Source of the DNA: Minutocellus sp. GHC0000111
Lineage: Eukaryota
Direction of reading: 5' to 3'
NCBI GenBank assembly: GCA_977018835.1
Contig: OZ361258.1
Location: 2,294,001 to 2,358,000, forward strand
DNA: 64,000 nucleotides
The notes under the pieces are model-generated. The model saw only the letters and a program-made list of their open reading frames with translations, was not told the origin of the DNA and made no database searches. Both the position numbers and the translations under genes were made by a program. Positions within the stretch are counted from its first letter, which is position 1. The number at the start of each line of letters is the position of its first letter. Shown here in pieces: positions 23,162 through 36,653 of the stretch.

Positions 23162-24581
23162 ATGTACCTCTCCCGCGTCGTCTTGCTTGCGTCTGCCGCT
23201 CTCCTTGGCCGCACTTCTGCTTTTGTCGCGCCTGCTGCTGCTCACAAGACTTCCTCTGCTCTCATGATGTCGGGTGCCTCGCAATGGGATCCTGACTTTG
23301 ACGAAACTCGTGGAGGCGCGTACTCCATGGCGGATCAGGTGGCTCGCTTTGCCAAGGCCAAGGAGGAGAACAATCAGCGTTACCTGGACATTGCGTCTGT
23401 TTTTGATGGGGGTGATCTCAGTGGTAAACGTGTCCTGGTTACCGGCGGAAATCGGGGTCTCGGTCTCGCCATCACCAAGGAGCTTGTTGCCATCGGTGCC
23501 ACTGCACTGGTGCTTTGCCGCTCATCCAGCCCCGAACTGAACAAGCTCGTGGGCAAGTGGAACGTCTGTAAGTCAAAGTGTCGCAGTAATGACGACATTG
23601 TTAATTGATTTTGATCATCTTCCGCTTTGCTGACCTTTCATTCTTGATTATTTCCATGATCCAAATGATGATTCGTTCGAACTCATGCGATAAAGACGAA
23701 GGAGTGGATGTGACCGATGAGGAGGCGGTTCGCAAGGCAATCAAGAGGGTCAAGAGCGATGGTGGTGTAAGTATATTGTCGCAGAGCGGCCACGGCGATT
23801 GCTTGCAATCCTTTCATAATTCACATGTTCGATTCATCTTATCAAAATATTACGACGTTTTCTCTCAACTTGATTCTTCTTATACAAACTTTTAGGCCAT
23901 AGATGTAGTGATCAATAATGCAGGTTACTTCATGGAAGCCTGCGAAAAGGTCGGCGACGACAGTCTTGACTTCGAGGAGCAGATGAAGCAGATCAACATC
24001 TGTGCCCTGGGGCCCCTCCGCGTGAACAACGCGTGCGTGAACGAGGGCGTTCTTGCGGACGGCGCCAAGCTGGCCATCATCACTTCTCAGGCTGGGTCTA
24101 CTGAATGGCGTTCGACCCAGAACAAGGACGAGGGAGGGGACTATGGCCATCACATGTCAAGGGCTGCTTGGTAAGTTTGCCGTTTATCAGCCTCTTGATT
24201 GATAACAATGGTAACAATGCAACGCTATCGTTCTCTACATACTGTAAACAAGAGGCATATCTTCGACTAATCTCACAATAATTTCTTCCCGTAACTTCTC
24301 TTAAACTCCCTCCGTCATTTCTTCTCTACCCTAAAATTAGCATCATGGCCGGAGCTCTCTTGGCCGAGGAACTTCGTTCGAAGGGCATCTCCGTAATCAT
24401 GCTCCATCCCGGATTCAATCGCACCGAGATGACGGCAAAGTACAAGGAGATTTGGGACATCGAAGGTGCCGTGGATGCAAGCGAAGGTGCCAAGCGGGTT
24501 CTATTTGAGGTCATCAAGAGTGACATGTCAACGACGGGACAATTCATCAACTGCGAGGATGGCCTGCGCATTCCCTGGTAA
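23162..24581 (+). CDS. short-chain dehydrogenase/reductase, probably plastid-targeted (4 exons)
   Basis: [13 protein letters not shown] and LHPG motifs; signal peptide ending TSA-FVAP; GT-AG introns starting near 23568, 23767 and 24171. Confidence 0.9.
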
Positions 24582-24862
24582 AAAGCTGCATTGGTGATTT
24601 TGCTTGTTGTGGATTTATTTGGTCAGGTACCGTTAATAAATGGGCAATACAGCCAATCTGCGAAGGCAATAGAGGCTATGCTAGATCTAATTCTCGTTTA
24701 CGTTATTTATTATTGTAGTAGCGTGTTGGTACAATGTGTATGGAGTGCATCGGGTGCTGGTACCTATGCATGATACTAGTACGTACTCTAGTCTAGCTAG
24801 AGTAGCATAGCTACGTATCTCTGAAGAGGCAGCCGGAAAGAAAAGATTAGCTCCAATTCTCT

Positions 24863-26715
24863 CTACTTGCCTTGCTGCTGCTTTGCATGGTGTTGGGCGA
24901 CTTGCTCTATTGTCGATAGGAAGAAAAACCCAAGCAGACTAAAAGTCACACACGTCCAAGCACCCTTGATTCCCGAAACGAGCAAAGCTGACATTGATGC
25001 CTGAACGACGCCATCAGCGGTGGTGGTGGCGTCATCGATTGTGCGTTCGTCTCCGTGAACAATGGCTGATACGACATCCTTGGCCAAATTTAGGGTCATT
25101 GCGCTGATGGAGGTACCATTTCTATCCATATCAGCGGCACTGTCATCCACCAACGCGCTATTCGAACAATAGGCCACTGCTGCGGCTAACCCGCATGTTT
25201 GAAGCGGGGTCCGAACAAGAGCTTTTCCACTCCAGACAGCACCGAAGAATAGCCAAAAAGAAACACCCGAAGCTCCACAGACCAGGCCACAAAGATCAAA
25301 AAGACCATTTGGAACCGCAGCCAGAATGAAGAGCTTGATGAAGGCTCTCCATTTCGACTCAAGGAGTTGTCCCTCCATAGCGCTTCGCGTGTTGGCCACC
25401 AACACGCTCATAAGGGACTTCTTCCTCTTCGTGCTTTGGCCGGATTCGTCAAATTCCAAAGAACGAGGATCCGGAATGTCTGGCTCTTCCAGAAGAGCAA
25501 ATGGATCGCCTCCTGCTGCCTTTATCATCTTCGCCAAAACATATGGCAGCAATTCACCCACAGCACTTCCAGTGCCTGACCAAAACCCAGCAATGCCGAC
25601 ACTCCACATGAGGTCAGCAAAAGTTGACGTGGCATCAGTGCTGCTAGCGCTATCGTGTGAATCGACCCATTCCACTGCCAAACCAACACAGTGCGGGAAC
25701 AAAATGAGAGCCCCCGTCTTTTCAATGAAAGCAATTCCGAATCAACATTGAATTGTGAATCGGGGAGAGCATTTAAGATTGATGGTTTGAGCAGAGTGAT
25801 AACAACCAGTAACGGCGGGATGACATGCGATGAATGTTTGTGGGGAAGTATAGAAGGAGATCAACTCACCTGAACACCAGAGCCGAGTCCGGCAGTTGAG
25901 AGGATTCCGCAGCCAATCCAAAAGAACGCCTCCGTGGTGGCCGATACCAACCACGATGCATACTGACTTGGAAGATACATGTCCTGATCATTATCCTGAG
26001 CGACGATGAAGTAGGAATCAAATTGACCACCACAAGTAGCATGAAGAAGACCCCAGAGACCAGCCAATACGACCACGATGGATCCCGTGACGTTTCTCGT
26101 CAAGACTGATGGCCAACGGATATGGCGGAGGGCACATTCTGCAACGCCCTGCAGGAAGTATTTGAGCGTTAGACGCGGATTTCGCAAAAGACGAACTGCG
26201 CGGAGAATGGGGGGTGGGTGGGAAAGCAGTAGTGATGTTGTGAGGCGGTAATGATGATGGTTGTGGTGATGTGAGATTATTCATCACCATGATAGAGTCT
26301 GAGACTGATGAGCTACGAGCTGTAACAAACTCAGAGTATCTTGCTCATGGAACAGAGCTGCAAGAAAAAAACTCAATCTTTACGCACCGTCTTCAGTCCC
26401 AGCGAAATCCTTGTAGTTTGGAACAGTAGGTGACAAAAAGGGGATCGGCTCCCTAAGTGCCCTTGGTGGTGAGAAGAACGAGGCACCGTGACTGTTACTG
26501 CTCGGTCGCTTGGTGGTACTCGCTTGTTTGGGCGTTCGTGCGGAGGCGTCAGCATTGGCACAGGCCGATTTTGGTGTGATGTACACCTCTTTGCTCGCAC
26601 TATCTCCGGCGCAATTGGTGTCGAGTGCCTGCAGCGGAGATCGTGCTGCCGCTAAGTGGCGGCGCCGGCGAATTTGCTGCTCTCCGACGGCAACGGCGCT
26701 GGTGTCTTTCGCCAT
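24863..26715 (-). CDS. VMP1: vacuole membrane protein 1 (VMP1/TMEM49 family)
   Basis: GILSTAGLGSG, LFPH, G.GSAVGEL.PY and AVPNGLFDLCGL.CG motifs; two introns. Confidence 0.85.
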
Positions 26716-26915
26716 GGCTGTTGCTTGCCGAATATTGTGGCCGTTGGCTCTCGGCGCGCGAGGCAACACCAAGGCATCCAGGAAGGCGGCAGCTGAGCCG
26801 AAAACACCATCGCCGAGCGCGCAAACACGTCGAAGAAGCGGCCACGGTCAAAAATTCGCCCGCCAAACCGTCACCGTCGTCGGCGAAGAAGAGGACGGCC
26901 CCTCCTCCTATCCCC

Positions 26916-29551
26916 ATGGCCTTTCTCCTTGCAGCAGATGTCATTCGAAGGGCTGCTGGTAAGGATCTGTGGTGGAGAGCAACCCCCGATTCCTGCGGCA
27001 AAGATAACATTTGTGTTGTTGGTTCTCGGCAGAAATGGGAAGACGTCCTCCCTGCTTTCATCGAGGCCGACTTGTTGCGTTCCAAGTCCGTCGGTGGAGG
27101 AAAGTATGAGCTACAGTACAACGAGGAAAAATGGAAGGACATGCAGCAACATCTCAAGGAGCATTGTAGTTTGAAGTTGCACTTGTCGACGTGTCGGCCG
27201 AGAGGGAAGACAAGACGCAGGGCGCTTTGTGTTTGTGCTCACAGGTTGCGTAAAAAGAAGGAGAGGACAACCACCCGAAATTCTCTGGACCGGAGGGACA
27301 GAAGGTGCACGAGAAAAGAAATCCCGATGAAGTTCTGTTCTCTGGGCGCTCGACTGTCTTAGCTACTAAGCTAGGTGAGAGGTTGTCAGCTCACAGAAAG
27401 GAGGTGCAGTCAGCGCATTGCGAAGCGCAAGAGCAAAATCACTAGTCGACGAGGCCAAGAAACTGGGTTGGATGCCAGCAAGTCTCCTCAGCATGCTGAA
27501 GGGAACTGGTGACACTTCCGCCACTGAAGCAGCTGCAGCCTCCCCCAATGATGAAGGTTTAGGAGGAGCCGATACTTCCGTTGTCTGTGCCACCTCCAGT
27601 GACATTGATGAACAGGTAAAGGTCGCTCTCGGCCTCGACTTTGTTGTTCGGATGGCCAACGATGACATGCTCCGTCCTCCTCGTCCCCCAATGCAACCGT
27701 CACCGAACCAATACCAATCAGAAAAGAAAAGCAGGCGAATGAAAGAATGCGGTTCAGCGCCGTGGCTCTCGCGGATTGGTGGGGATGCGGCGACCCAACT
27801 CGCACGCATGAAGACCGGCAACAAATTGCAACTGCCGCGTGTCGGCAAGTTGCGTGCGATCACGGTCATGCCAAGTCAACCGGTGGTTCTCAGCTTTACA
27901 AGTGGAGAGACCAGCTCTACAAAAGCCTTACTACTGATGGCATCAGCAATCCCATCGGCAGAAAGGAGGTTCGTGGAAGGAAGGCACACACGGACATGAT
28001 CGAGGAGAAGGAGCCAGGATGTCTCCGCGAGCTGCATCGGCATGCTGCTCTCGGATGAAGGGTGCGATGGCAACCTTTAAGGAGCTAGCTGACTGCATGA
28101 GCGCAAAATCAGCTACTCCAGATGAAGATAGGCTGACAATTAGTCTCCATCGTCTTCAGCTTTTTCGCTGGTGGAAAAAGCAAGGCGGCAAGGAGAAGTC
28201 GTCGATCGAGAAGCCGAGGCTCACCCCCCCGAACATTGTAGGAAGCGACTTGATTGGATCGAAAAGTGGGAGGACATTGCGACCGATCCCAACATTCCTG
28301 TAGCGTATCTTGATGAAAAGTGGTTTTACACTGCTACTCGGCGACGAAAGATCAAGATGTTGCCACTTTCTGACGAAGAACTAAGTAGTCCGAACCTCGC
28401 GTCTATCCATGCTTCCGAGGCAAGCCCGAAAATTCGATCCAGAAGACACCCTGTCAAAGTTATGTGTCTTGGAGTTGTTGGCCGACCAATGAAGGATGAA
28501 ACCAAAGACACGTTGATTTCAATGGGCGCATCATGATCAAGAGAGTCGCCAGGGAGCAGAAGGTGGAAGAGCTTACGCGTAATCAGAATTTCTCTCCAGA
28601 TGCTAAGGTCAACGATGCGCAAAAAAATGACAATGATTGGCGCGACATTTACGACGAGAATGCTGACATGACCGCCGGCCATCTTTGCGACCACATTGCC
28701 GAAATCTACGGCCTTTCTGAGTTTGTTACAGAGCGATTGGAACTTCAATACGAGGACTATAAATCCGACGGTCAGGCAAAAAGTCGCAAGCATGCCGCTG
28801 TTGGCTACAATCAAAAGATCTCGAGTCTCAAGCGACACACACTCCTGATAGCAATGGAGAGAAGGTGAAGGTTGAGATCGACGACCTTGAGCTCTCGGGG
28901 TGCGGTGTCAATGGGGCGATCAGGTTTTACCAAGGACTGTAGCTGCGACTCCAAATGGATGTTGGAGACTATGAATGAGGTCGGGAAGGCGATTCGAGAC
29001 GCACATCATTGGGTGAAGTGGGATCCACAAAATATTCAGGAGTCTGATGTTATGTGTCTTATGATGGACAATGCCGGCGGTCATGGGTCCAATGAAGCAG
29101 TTGAGAAGTACACCGAGGACCTCAAAAACAAATATAAGATTGAGATAATCCAGCAGGTTCCTCGGTCGCCCGAGACAAATGTTCTTGATCTCGGCATCTG
29201 GATGTCTTTGCAGTCGGCCGTCGAAAAGGAGCATCGCGGTCAGAAGAATGATGCGAATGCTCTTGACAAAAGACTGTGATGAAAGTATGGGCCAATGTCG
29301 CATCAAAAGAGGCCTTTCTCAATGTATTTGGAAAACTTCCAGTGACATATAACAACATCAAGAGAAGTCGTGGCGGTAACAATCTTGTGGAGACCAGACG
29401 GGGAAAGGCTGGTCTCGCAAAAATTGCCGAGGAAGAAGCTGAAGAGGATGGTGAACCACTCTGGCCAATTGATGCTCCCGGCGAAGATGATGACATTGAG
29501 GACGGCATAGATGAAAATGATGAAGACGATGGAGTCATTGATTTGCTATAA
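26916..29551 (+). mobile_element. degenerate Tc1/mariner-superfamily transposase, DD39D type
   Basis: VAYLDEKWFY and MDNAGGH...PRSPETNVLDLG, with 39 residues between D2 and D3. Multiple frameshifts; TIRs not found. Confidence 0.85.
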
Positions 29552-29990
29552 CTTATCATAGCATGTCCATTTCTATTCATTACATTTTGATTTGGTGCTT
29601 CCAAAAATGTGTATTTTTTCCCGGGGTGAGGAATGCAAATGTCGAAAAAAATCATCACATAATGTACTCGTAATGTAAACTCGAAAGGTACGGGCAACTC
29701 TCGGAGACAGTTCTTGCACCATGCACAGTGTTTGACACAATGACACTAGCGGTACCCTACTCGAAATTATTTTCGACGGTTCGGTCAGGAATTGGATCTC
29801 CGTTAAGTAGCAAAACGGTTTGAATCGAATCTCCCATTTTTATCGTTTCGAAGGTTGAAGAGAGGATAGGAAGATGCGATGCGATGCGAAGTCAGCTACC
29901 AGCAACGTAGTGCAGTAGTGCAGTAGCAGAGAGAGAGAGAGAGAGAGCTACTACGTAGCTAGACTAGTACGCAGCCACCAAGTAGTAGCA

Positions 29991-30869
29991 ATGCACAATT
30001 ATATTTTACTGCACGTCGGTCTTGTGTTGTTTATCAGCGGCCGGCAAATGCCATCGTCGAGATACCGGCACTGTGCCGACGCCTTTTCATTTCGAGCGAC
30101 ACCAGTAGCAGTCGGCTACAGAAGCATGTATGTTCAACTCTCCGCTCAAGGGAATGATCAAAGCGCCAGTAACAATGCAGGAACAAACAAACGCAGTGCG
30201 TGGTCGGCAATGAATTCAAAGCCGTACGTCCCAGATGGACTGACTGATAACGAGTACGCAGCCATCAAGAAAAGGGAAGCAGAACAAATAAAGAACAAAG
30301 ACTTTGGAGCGTTTGGGCCGAGATGGAACCGCGAAAGTCGACCGGACGGAGATTGGATGTTAATGCGCAGTTTGTGGACTAGAGGCTTCGATAGCAACGC
30401 CCCTTCTATCGATAATGGTGATGGCAGAAATATCGATGGTAATTCTTCTGCTGTGGGCCAATTGTCAAGGCTTCTTCGGCAGAATGCCCCAATCTTTTTG
30501 GTCTCCTACGCGATTGTTGTGGCGGCAATCACCTGCATCCGCTTGGCGACCCAGAGTGAATTCATAAAAGGGACTGGAGCTGGAGCTAGTCTTGTTCTCG
30601 GCCTCAGATCAGCCTTGGTTTCGGCTTCCAAGATGGCAGCAAATACGGCATCTTTTAGGACGCAAAGCATTATACAGAGAGTCTTTTTGCCCTGTGCATC
30701 GGTACTCCTTATCCGACCAACGAACGTATTAATTGAATATTTGAATAGAAAGCTGCTCTGGTCGAAAAGAAGGTCGCTAGGCGTTATTGCGGCTAGCGCC
30801 TTGTCGATTGTTTTCGTTTGTACGGGAGCTGTCGCTGTCATTACCTCTCTTCTAAACGTTGGTGTGTGA
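29991..30869 (+). CDS. hypothetical membrane protein with signal/plastid-type presequence
   Basis: Hydrophobic N-terminus, ADA-FSF cleavage-like site, YVPDGLT..EY..IKK.E motif and C-terminal TM helices. Confidence 0.75.
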   Translation: MHNYILLHVGLVLFISGRQMPSSRYRHCADAFSFRATPVAVGYRSMYVQLSAQGNDQSASNNAGTNKRSAWSAMNSKPYVPDGLTDNEYAAIKKREAEQIKNKDFGAFGPRWNRESRPDGDWMLMRSLWTRGFDSNAPSIDNGDGRNIDGNSSAVGQLSRLLRQNAPIFLVSYAIVVAAITCIRLATQSEFIKGTGAGASLVLGLRSALVSASKMAANTASFRTQSIIQRVFLPCASVLLIRPTNVLIEYLNRKLLWSKRRSLGVIAASALSIVFVCTGAVAVITSLLNVGV

Positions 30870-31051
30870 CACAGATGCTCCTCCATGTAGCGCTAGCGTG
30901 CTCCAGTAAGCTCTTAAGCTTTAATGCTTATTTATTCATTGACATATATCAACAATCTATTTGAAAATAAATCATCTACTTGATTTTTCTTATTAGTTCC
31001 TACTAGCTAGCCAGCTAGGCCTACGTAGCAATAGCAAGTACCGGCGATAAT

Positions 31052-34000
31052 TTATCGGTGATGCTTCTTCACATAGCTCACCATATTTTTGTAAAAAGGT
31101 TCATTCATCAGGGTTTTCTCGAGAGCACATTCGACGTCATCAAGCTGGACCCCGAGCATCAATGGTATTTCATGTACGTCCATCTGGTAGGCAGCATAAC
31201 GCAAGTCATTGCCATCTCCTGAAAGTAGAAGGCCGGAATCCGAGAGCATTTGAACATTGTCAAACAGGTGGTCAATGTTCAGTCGCTCCATCAAACCATG
31301 ACGGGAGGCTTCGGCGCAGTACTTCTTCAGGTCTTTCATTCGAATTATCTTCCACGCGGGGCTTACAGTACTTAGGGCAACAGCAACACAAAGGACGATC
31401 TTGGCGGCCTGGGGCATTGACATAATTGCATCGGTATGCCTCATTCCCAGACCCTCCCGAATACTGCGCATCATATGTGGAAGCTTCACGATTGGGTAGA
31501 CAACGTCGTCACCACTTTTCCCCCGTTGTTCGACGCTTAGGTCAGTTTCGTATTTGCGCACTGCCTGGGCAGTCATATCCAGCGCCTTTCGGGCATCGCC
31601 ACTGCCAGCGGCTACTTTGCGGCTCACCATCTTGATGGCTGGTTCCGCGATGATTTTGGTTCCGACTCTAGCTTCAATGATCGAAATCAAATCCTCCTCC
31701 CTGTAGGGCTTAAAGACCAAAGTGTGAGAAATCTTGCCCAAATTCTGAAGGCGCTCGGTGTAACCATTGTCAACGGCATTGGAAATACCAATCAAGACGA
31801 AGGAGAATTTGGGGTTGGACGCCCAATGGAGAAAAGATTTGATCAACAAGTCGCCACCGCTCAAGTTGTCCGTTGATCTATTAGAATAGGACAAGAGCAT
31901 ATCGATTTCGTCGAGAACCAATACCAACGGGGACATTCGCTTGGATAAAAGGCTCTTTTCAATCTTGGCGTAGATTGTATTTTCCCCTGCTGAACCTGCT
32001 ACCTCCATCTCTTCTTGGATGTCATTTAGAATTCTAGTCGCAGAAGAGGGGCCATCATGGCCACAGGAAGCTGCGTTGCGAAAGATGAAGCGCGCGTCGG
32101 GAAACTTGCCCATGCACTTGTTGATGCACTTATTCAGAGTGGTAGTCTGATGAGGCGCGACGAGGACAAAAGACAAGGGTAGTGGCAATAGCATAATGTG
32201 GAAAAGAGACGGGTGCGATTAGAAAAGAATATGCATAAATGACAATCGCGGCAGATTCCAAGATATTACCGAAAGCAAAAAACAAAAGGATGACCTCACC
32301 TTTCCAGTTCCAGGTCCACCGCACACATACATCGACAAAGCTTCAAAAGTAGAGCAATCTTCCGCCTTGCAGTGGGCGCTCATTGCTTCATTTAAGAACT
32401 TGGTGATGCGGTTGGCATGATTTTCAACTCGAGATGACTTTCTATACATATCGTCAACATGGTCCGAGTGCAGCACACTCTGGCAGCAGCGAAGCTTATC
32501 CAATACTGTAGCTTGTCGATCAGGAAGAGGCTCAACCACTGTACCGTCATCAGATTTGGAACCTCCAGCGGTAGAAAGATGAGATACTTCTCTGTCACTG
32601 GACGCACCAAAGCTGGCTCGATCAGGACTTGACAATTTTCGAAGCTTCTTGTTACTGCTGCTACGCTCGGTGCCAGATGTGTGCGGTTTATCAGCCGATA
32701 TTCCGCGCTTTCGACCAGCAGATTCTTCTTCGTTTTTACCATTTCGACCCAATGACGTATCTGAAGCGGCCCTCTCTTCCTGTAGATGCATTTCTTCGCC
32801 GTCCTCGGCGTCATCTGCCTGATTCATCACCATATCGTCATCCTCAGCCCTGTCTTCCTGACCAAGTCCATCGTTCGCGGTCTCTCCTTCGAGCGAAAGA
32901 GCCCTGACTGCATTTCTTCCTTCGTCGTCGCCAACCTCGGGGATACCATTGGGACAGTTGGGATTGAAGGAATTCTCACTAAGCGCAGATGAACTTGTAG
33001 AAGGAGGTAGCTGATTAAAGACAAGCAGTTGAGGCACTTTGGGGGTCGAAGAATGTTGTTCCGCATCATCCTCGCCCTCCTCAACGCCCAGGTCCTTCAC
33101 AGTCTTGAGAGACGAAGGTGACGGTGCAGCACCAATATCCTGCTCTTTTTTCTCAATATCCATAGCTGACATGTCATCGTCCGATCCGTCTTCTCTCTCG
33201 GGTGAGGGAGCAGAGGGGAGAGTTGGTTTCTGGAGGAGATCATCCACCGGACAAATCCTTTGGCTGGGCCAAATGAATCGAATCGGAGGCGGTGAGAATA
33301 CACAAAGGTAAGACGAGAGATACCATAATAAAAAGAGGAAACACGACAATGAGAACACTCACAATAAGTCCACGTTGGAGCATCCAGCGATGTAAAGTTC
33401 AAGCTTGAGAAGTTCTTCGGGATTCAGCGCCGAGGTATCCTCCACCAATCCGAAGCGAGCCAAGTGCACTTCGAGGTCCTCTGCGCGACCAAAACTTATG
33501 ACACTGCCTTGCTCAGTGGGAACCTTGTACGAACCGGAAGAAAACTTGTACCCAAGCCTCTGCAATAGTTCCCATGGCCCATTCATGAAGGACTTGGGAG
33601 GAAAGCGATCAATATCGGCGGGGACCTCAGTCTCTAGAACAAGTGATCGAGATACTGCGTAGCGAACCCATCGCTCCAGTGCTCGGCGGTCTTCCTTGTC
33701 CATCAAGGAATCGATATCGACATGATTGGTGGCATCGCGATGGCTACTGCGCCTTGCGGCGTCTCCGCTGCTCCTTCCTGCCTTTCCCTTGGAACTTACA
33801 AGTGCCTTTAGAGGAATACCGTATGCACAAAGGTGTCGGCGCAAACTTGTAATGCGTTTGAAGTAATCCTTTCCCTCCACGGCTTCCGGTGACTTTGGGT
33901 CAATGCCAGGTAGGCAGTAAAAACCCTTTCTGTAGCGAAATTTGAAGACAGGAAGCAATATACCACCGAAGGCATTTTGATCGGTCATAATGGTTTCTGG

Positions 34001-36328
34001 ACCTGCGACAGAGTCGGGACTAGATCCAGTAGATGCCGCTGGAGAAGAAGAGGGTGGTGTCGGAGATGGGTCTGCCGTTAGAAGCCGGGCAACTTTCTCC
34101 TCCTCCTCCTTCTTCTTCTTTTTTGTAGCTGGTTTCTGCCCCTTGCCATCATTGGATTTGGTTTTCTGCTTCGTCTTTTCCTTGGCTCGAGGTTGCCTTT
34201 TGACTTTCGTTTTCGCCGTCGTCTTTGTCGCTGCCGCTGTCTTCGATTTGAGCGCCGCGCCACCAGAGTTCGATCTCGCCTTTCTCTTGTCATTACTGGA
34301 TTCAACCTTGAGCAGTTCTGACCTCTCCCTCTTTTCATTTGATGTGAGGGGAACATGACCAAAAGATGAATCTGAGGAATCCGAACGATCACTCTTACTT
34401 CCGCTGCTATTGACCTTGTCAGGACTAGCCTTGACTCGAGTCATTCGAGTCTCCTTGACCATAGAGGAAGAAGTACCTGGCGCAACTACCGGCTTAATCG
34501 TTGACTCTCGTTTTGGCCTGCCAGACTCACTTTTCATCTTCGCCTCGGAAACGCTAGTACTGCTACCAGTCCGCCCCCGACGACGGCCGCTGCTGTCACT
34601 GCCACCTCCAACCCAACCGAGTTTTTCCCGACAGAAAGCCTTGAGTTCCTCGTCGTTACAGAAATACTCATCACCTCGTTTTGCATGGTTCAGCATATAG
34701 GACACACTCTCATGAGCAAACTTGGAGCAACAGTAGTAGTACGAGACTAGTCCTCGTCCGGGCTTCGAGGCCCAACCATGATCCTTGAGAGTTGGGATTA
34801 CTATCGACCAATCCATATGCGGTTTGATCAGAGCACGAAGGCGCTTGTATCTTTCATCGCTAGATATGGCTGGTCCAGTGATTTGCGTTTTGTTCTCGGA
34901 ATTGGAAGTGGTATCGCAATCGCCTTGGATCGGAGATGGCGTCGCATGACGAGAAGTTCTCACAGCAGACGAAGATGACGATACATCGGTCTTGTCGACC
35001 ACAGATGGCCCATGAGACGGTGTCACATTGGCGGTGGGTGCAGCAGTAGAGGTGGGATCAGAATCAGCACCGTAATTGCATTCCCCTCGAGTAGTAGAAG
35101 CCAAAGACGTGGCCGCATCAAAACGCACATGCTTCTTTTCTCCGCTGCTACTAAAGGCGCGCAATTTGCTGGTAGTGGTAGAAGAGCCAATGGGGAGGCT
35201 ACTACTAGTATCCCTGGCACTGGTAGCAGCCGCTGCATCAAAGTCAATCTGCTTGGGCCTCTGTGGACTTTGAGCCTCCTCCATATCTTCTATGTCTTCC
35301 ATCTCTTGGCCATCGTTGGAGCATGCGTCTACTTGAGAATTATATCCAGAAGAGATGATTCGGCCGTTTCGACCAGTAGATGCAGCAGACGGTCCTTCCA
35401 CGGCAACCTTCCGAAGGGCACTCTTGCTAGTTTGACTGAGCAAACCGTCCCGAGAGGGAGTCGGAATATTGTACGCGCCCGACGAGTCCACGTTGACGAC
35501 GAATTCATCGTCACTTGCGCCGTCGTCATTTGCGTTTCCTTGGCTTGCAGTGCCATACAGATGCCCCCCTTGTGTGCCGGTATTTGTACTAGTTACTCGT
35601 GAGGCAGCAATGTTACTGCCGCCGGAAGAAGGCGCGTACAAGTAGGAATCAGCACTCACATTCGCCCTTGAGCCTGAAGACGCCCCCAGATGATGGCTTG
35701 GAAGGTGGTGGGGAGGTTGGTGCACCATTGCCCAATTCGCATCGGGCAAAGGTGGCCAGTTCATGGACGAAATCAGGAGGCTCATATCCCGGTTAGCTCT
35801 ATACCGTTCGGCTATCTCCAAAGCTTTAAGAAATCGATCATGATTGGAATATAGCTCCATATTTCGTATGTACTTCCTATTCTTCTTGGCGAAAGAAGTA
35901 TGTGGCTTCATACTAATAGGCTCTCCATTTTGAACACTCGTCACATTTTGGGAATAGACGGGAAAGCTTCGAGTTCCCGAAGGCGGCGTCTCGTTGCCCA
36001 AGAGGAACGCAACCTTCATCATCCCATCTAAAGGATGGGCTGTTTCCGGTTCCCCCAGTACACCTCTTTGGTTCATTTGGTGATTTTCCCATTCCATGTC
36101 GAACATTTGCATGTCACGCGGGAAAGGAAGTCGTCGACGGAGTTCACCGGGCGAAGGAAAAATTAGCGCTGGCCAAAACATGTGGTGATGCGATTGCCGA
36201 TCGGCCACTCTCGGGATGAAGACGAAGCCGAGTCGACCCGTCTCCTCCGCGCCGATGCCCGCCGGGGCGGGGACGGACCCCGTCGATGACATTAGCAGTG
36301 TGGTAGGAGGACCCGCTGATGGATTCAA
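31052..36328 (-). CDS. CDC6: cell division control protein 6 (AAA+ and winged helix) with long N-terminal extension
   Basis: Walker A GGPGTGK|T split by intron 32299-32147, Walker B LVLDEID, LIGISN, FKPY, GDARKALD. A phase-consistent intron ~33362-33264 joins the 989-aa ORF. Confidence 0.85.
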
Positions 36329-36653
36329 AAAATAAATATGAAGAGCGGGGCTGGGTACTTGCGAGTCTCGCTGAGGAAGTGTCTCTGAACGTGCGGGTCG
36401 CCGCCAAAAAATAGGACTACGTGAAGCTATTCTACGTAGCTACACGTAGATCGACGAGCGCGGTCGACAATGAGTACGAATGTGTTGGCGGGTTCTCCGA
36501 TACTCGTAGCAGACCTTGGACGAGTCGAGAGGGAGGAGGAAATTGCTGTGCCGTTGTGCCCGCGCTTTATTTCTGCGCGCGCGCCCGAGCCGGCGTGACA
36601 TTTCGCGCGCCGGCATGCAATCGGGTCGAGAAAAATACTACTACTACGTAGGA

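Noticed and set aside
26903..29871. TIRs for the DD39D element (TCCTATCC/GGATAGGA)
   Set aside because: The 8-bp match does not extend and there is no clear TA TSD.
29928..29947. (GA)n microsatellite
   Set aside because: Ordinary short simple repeat.
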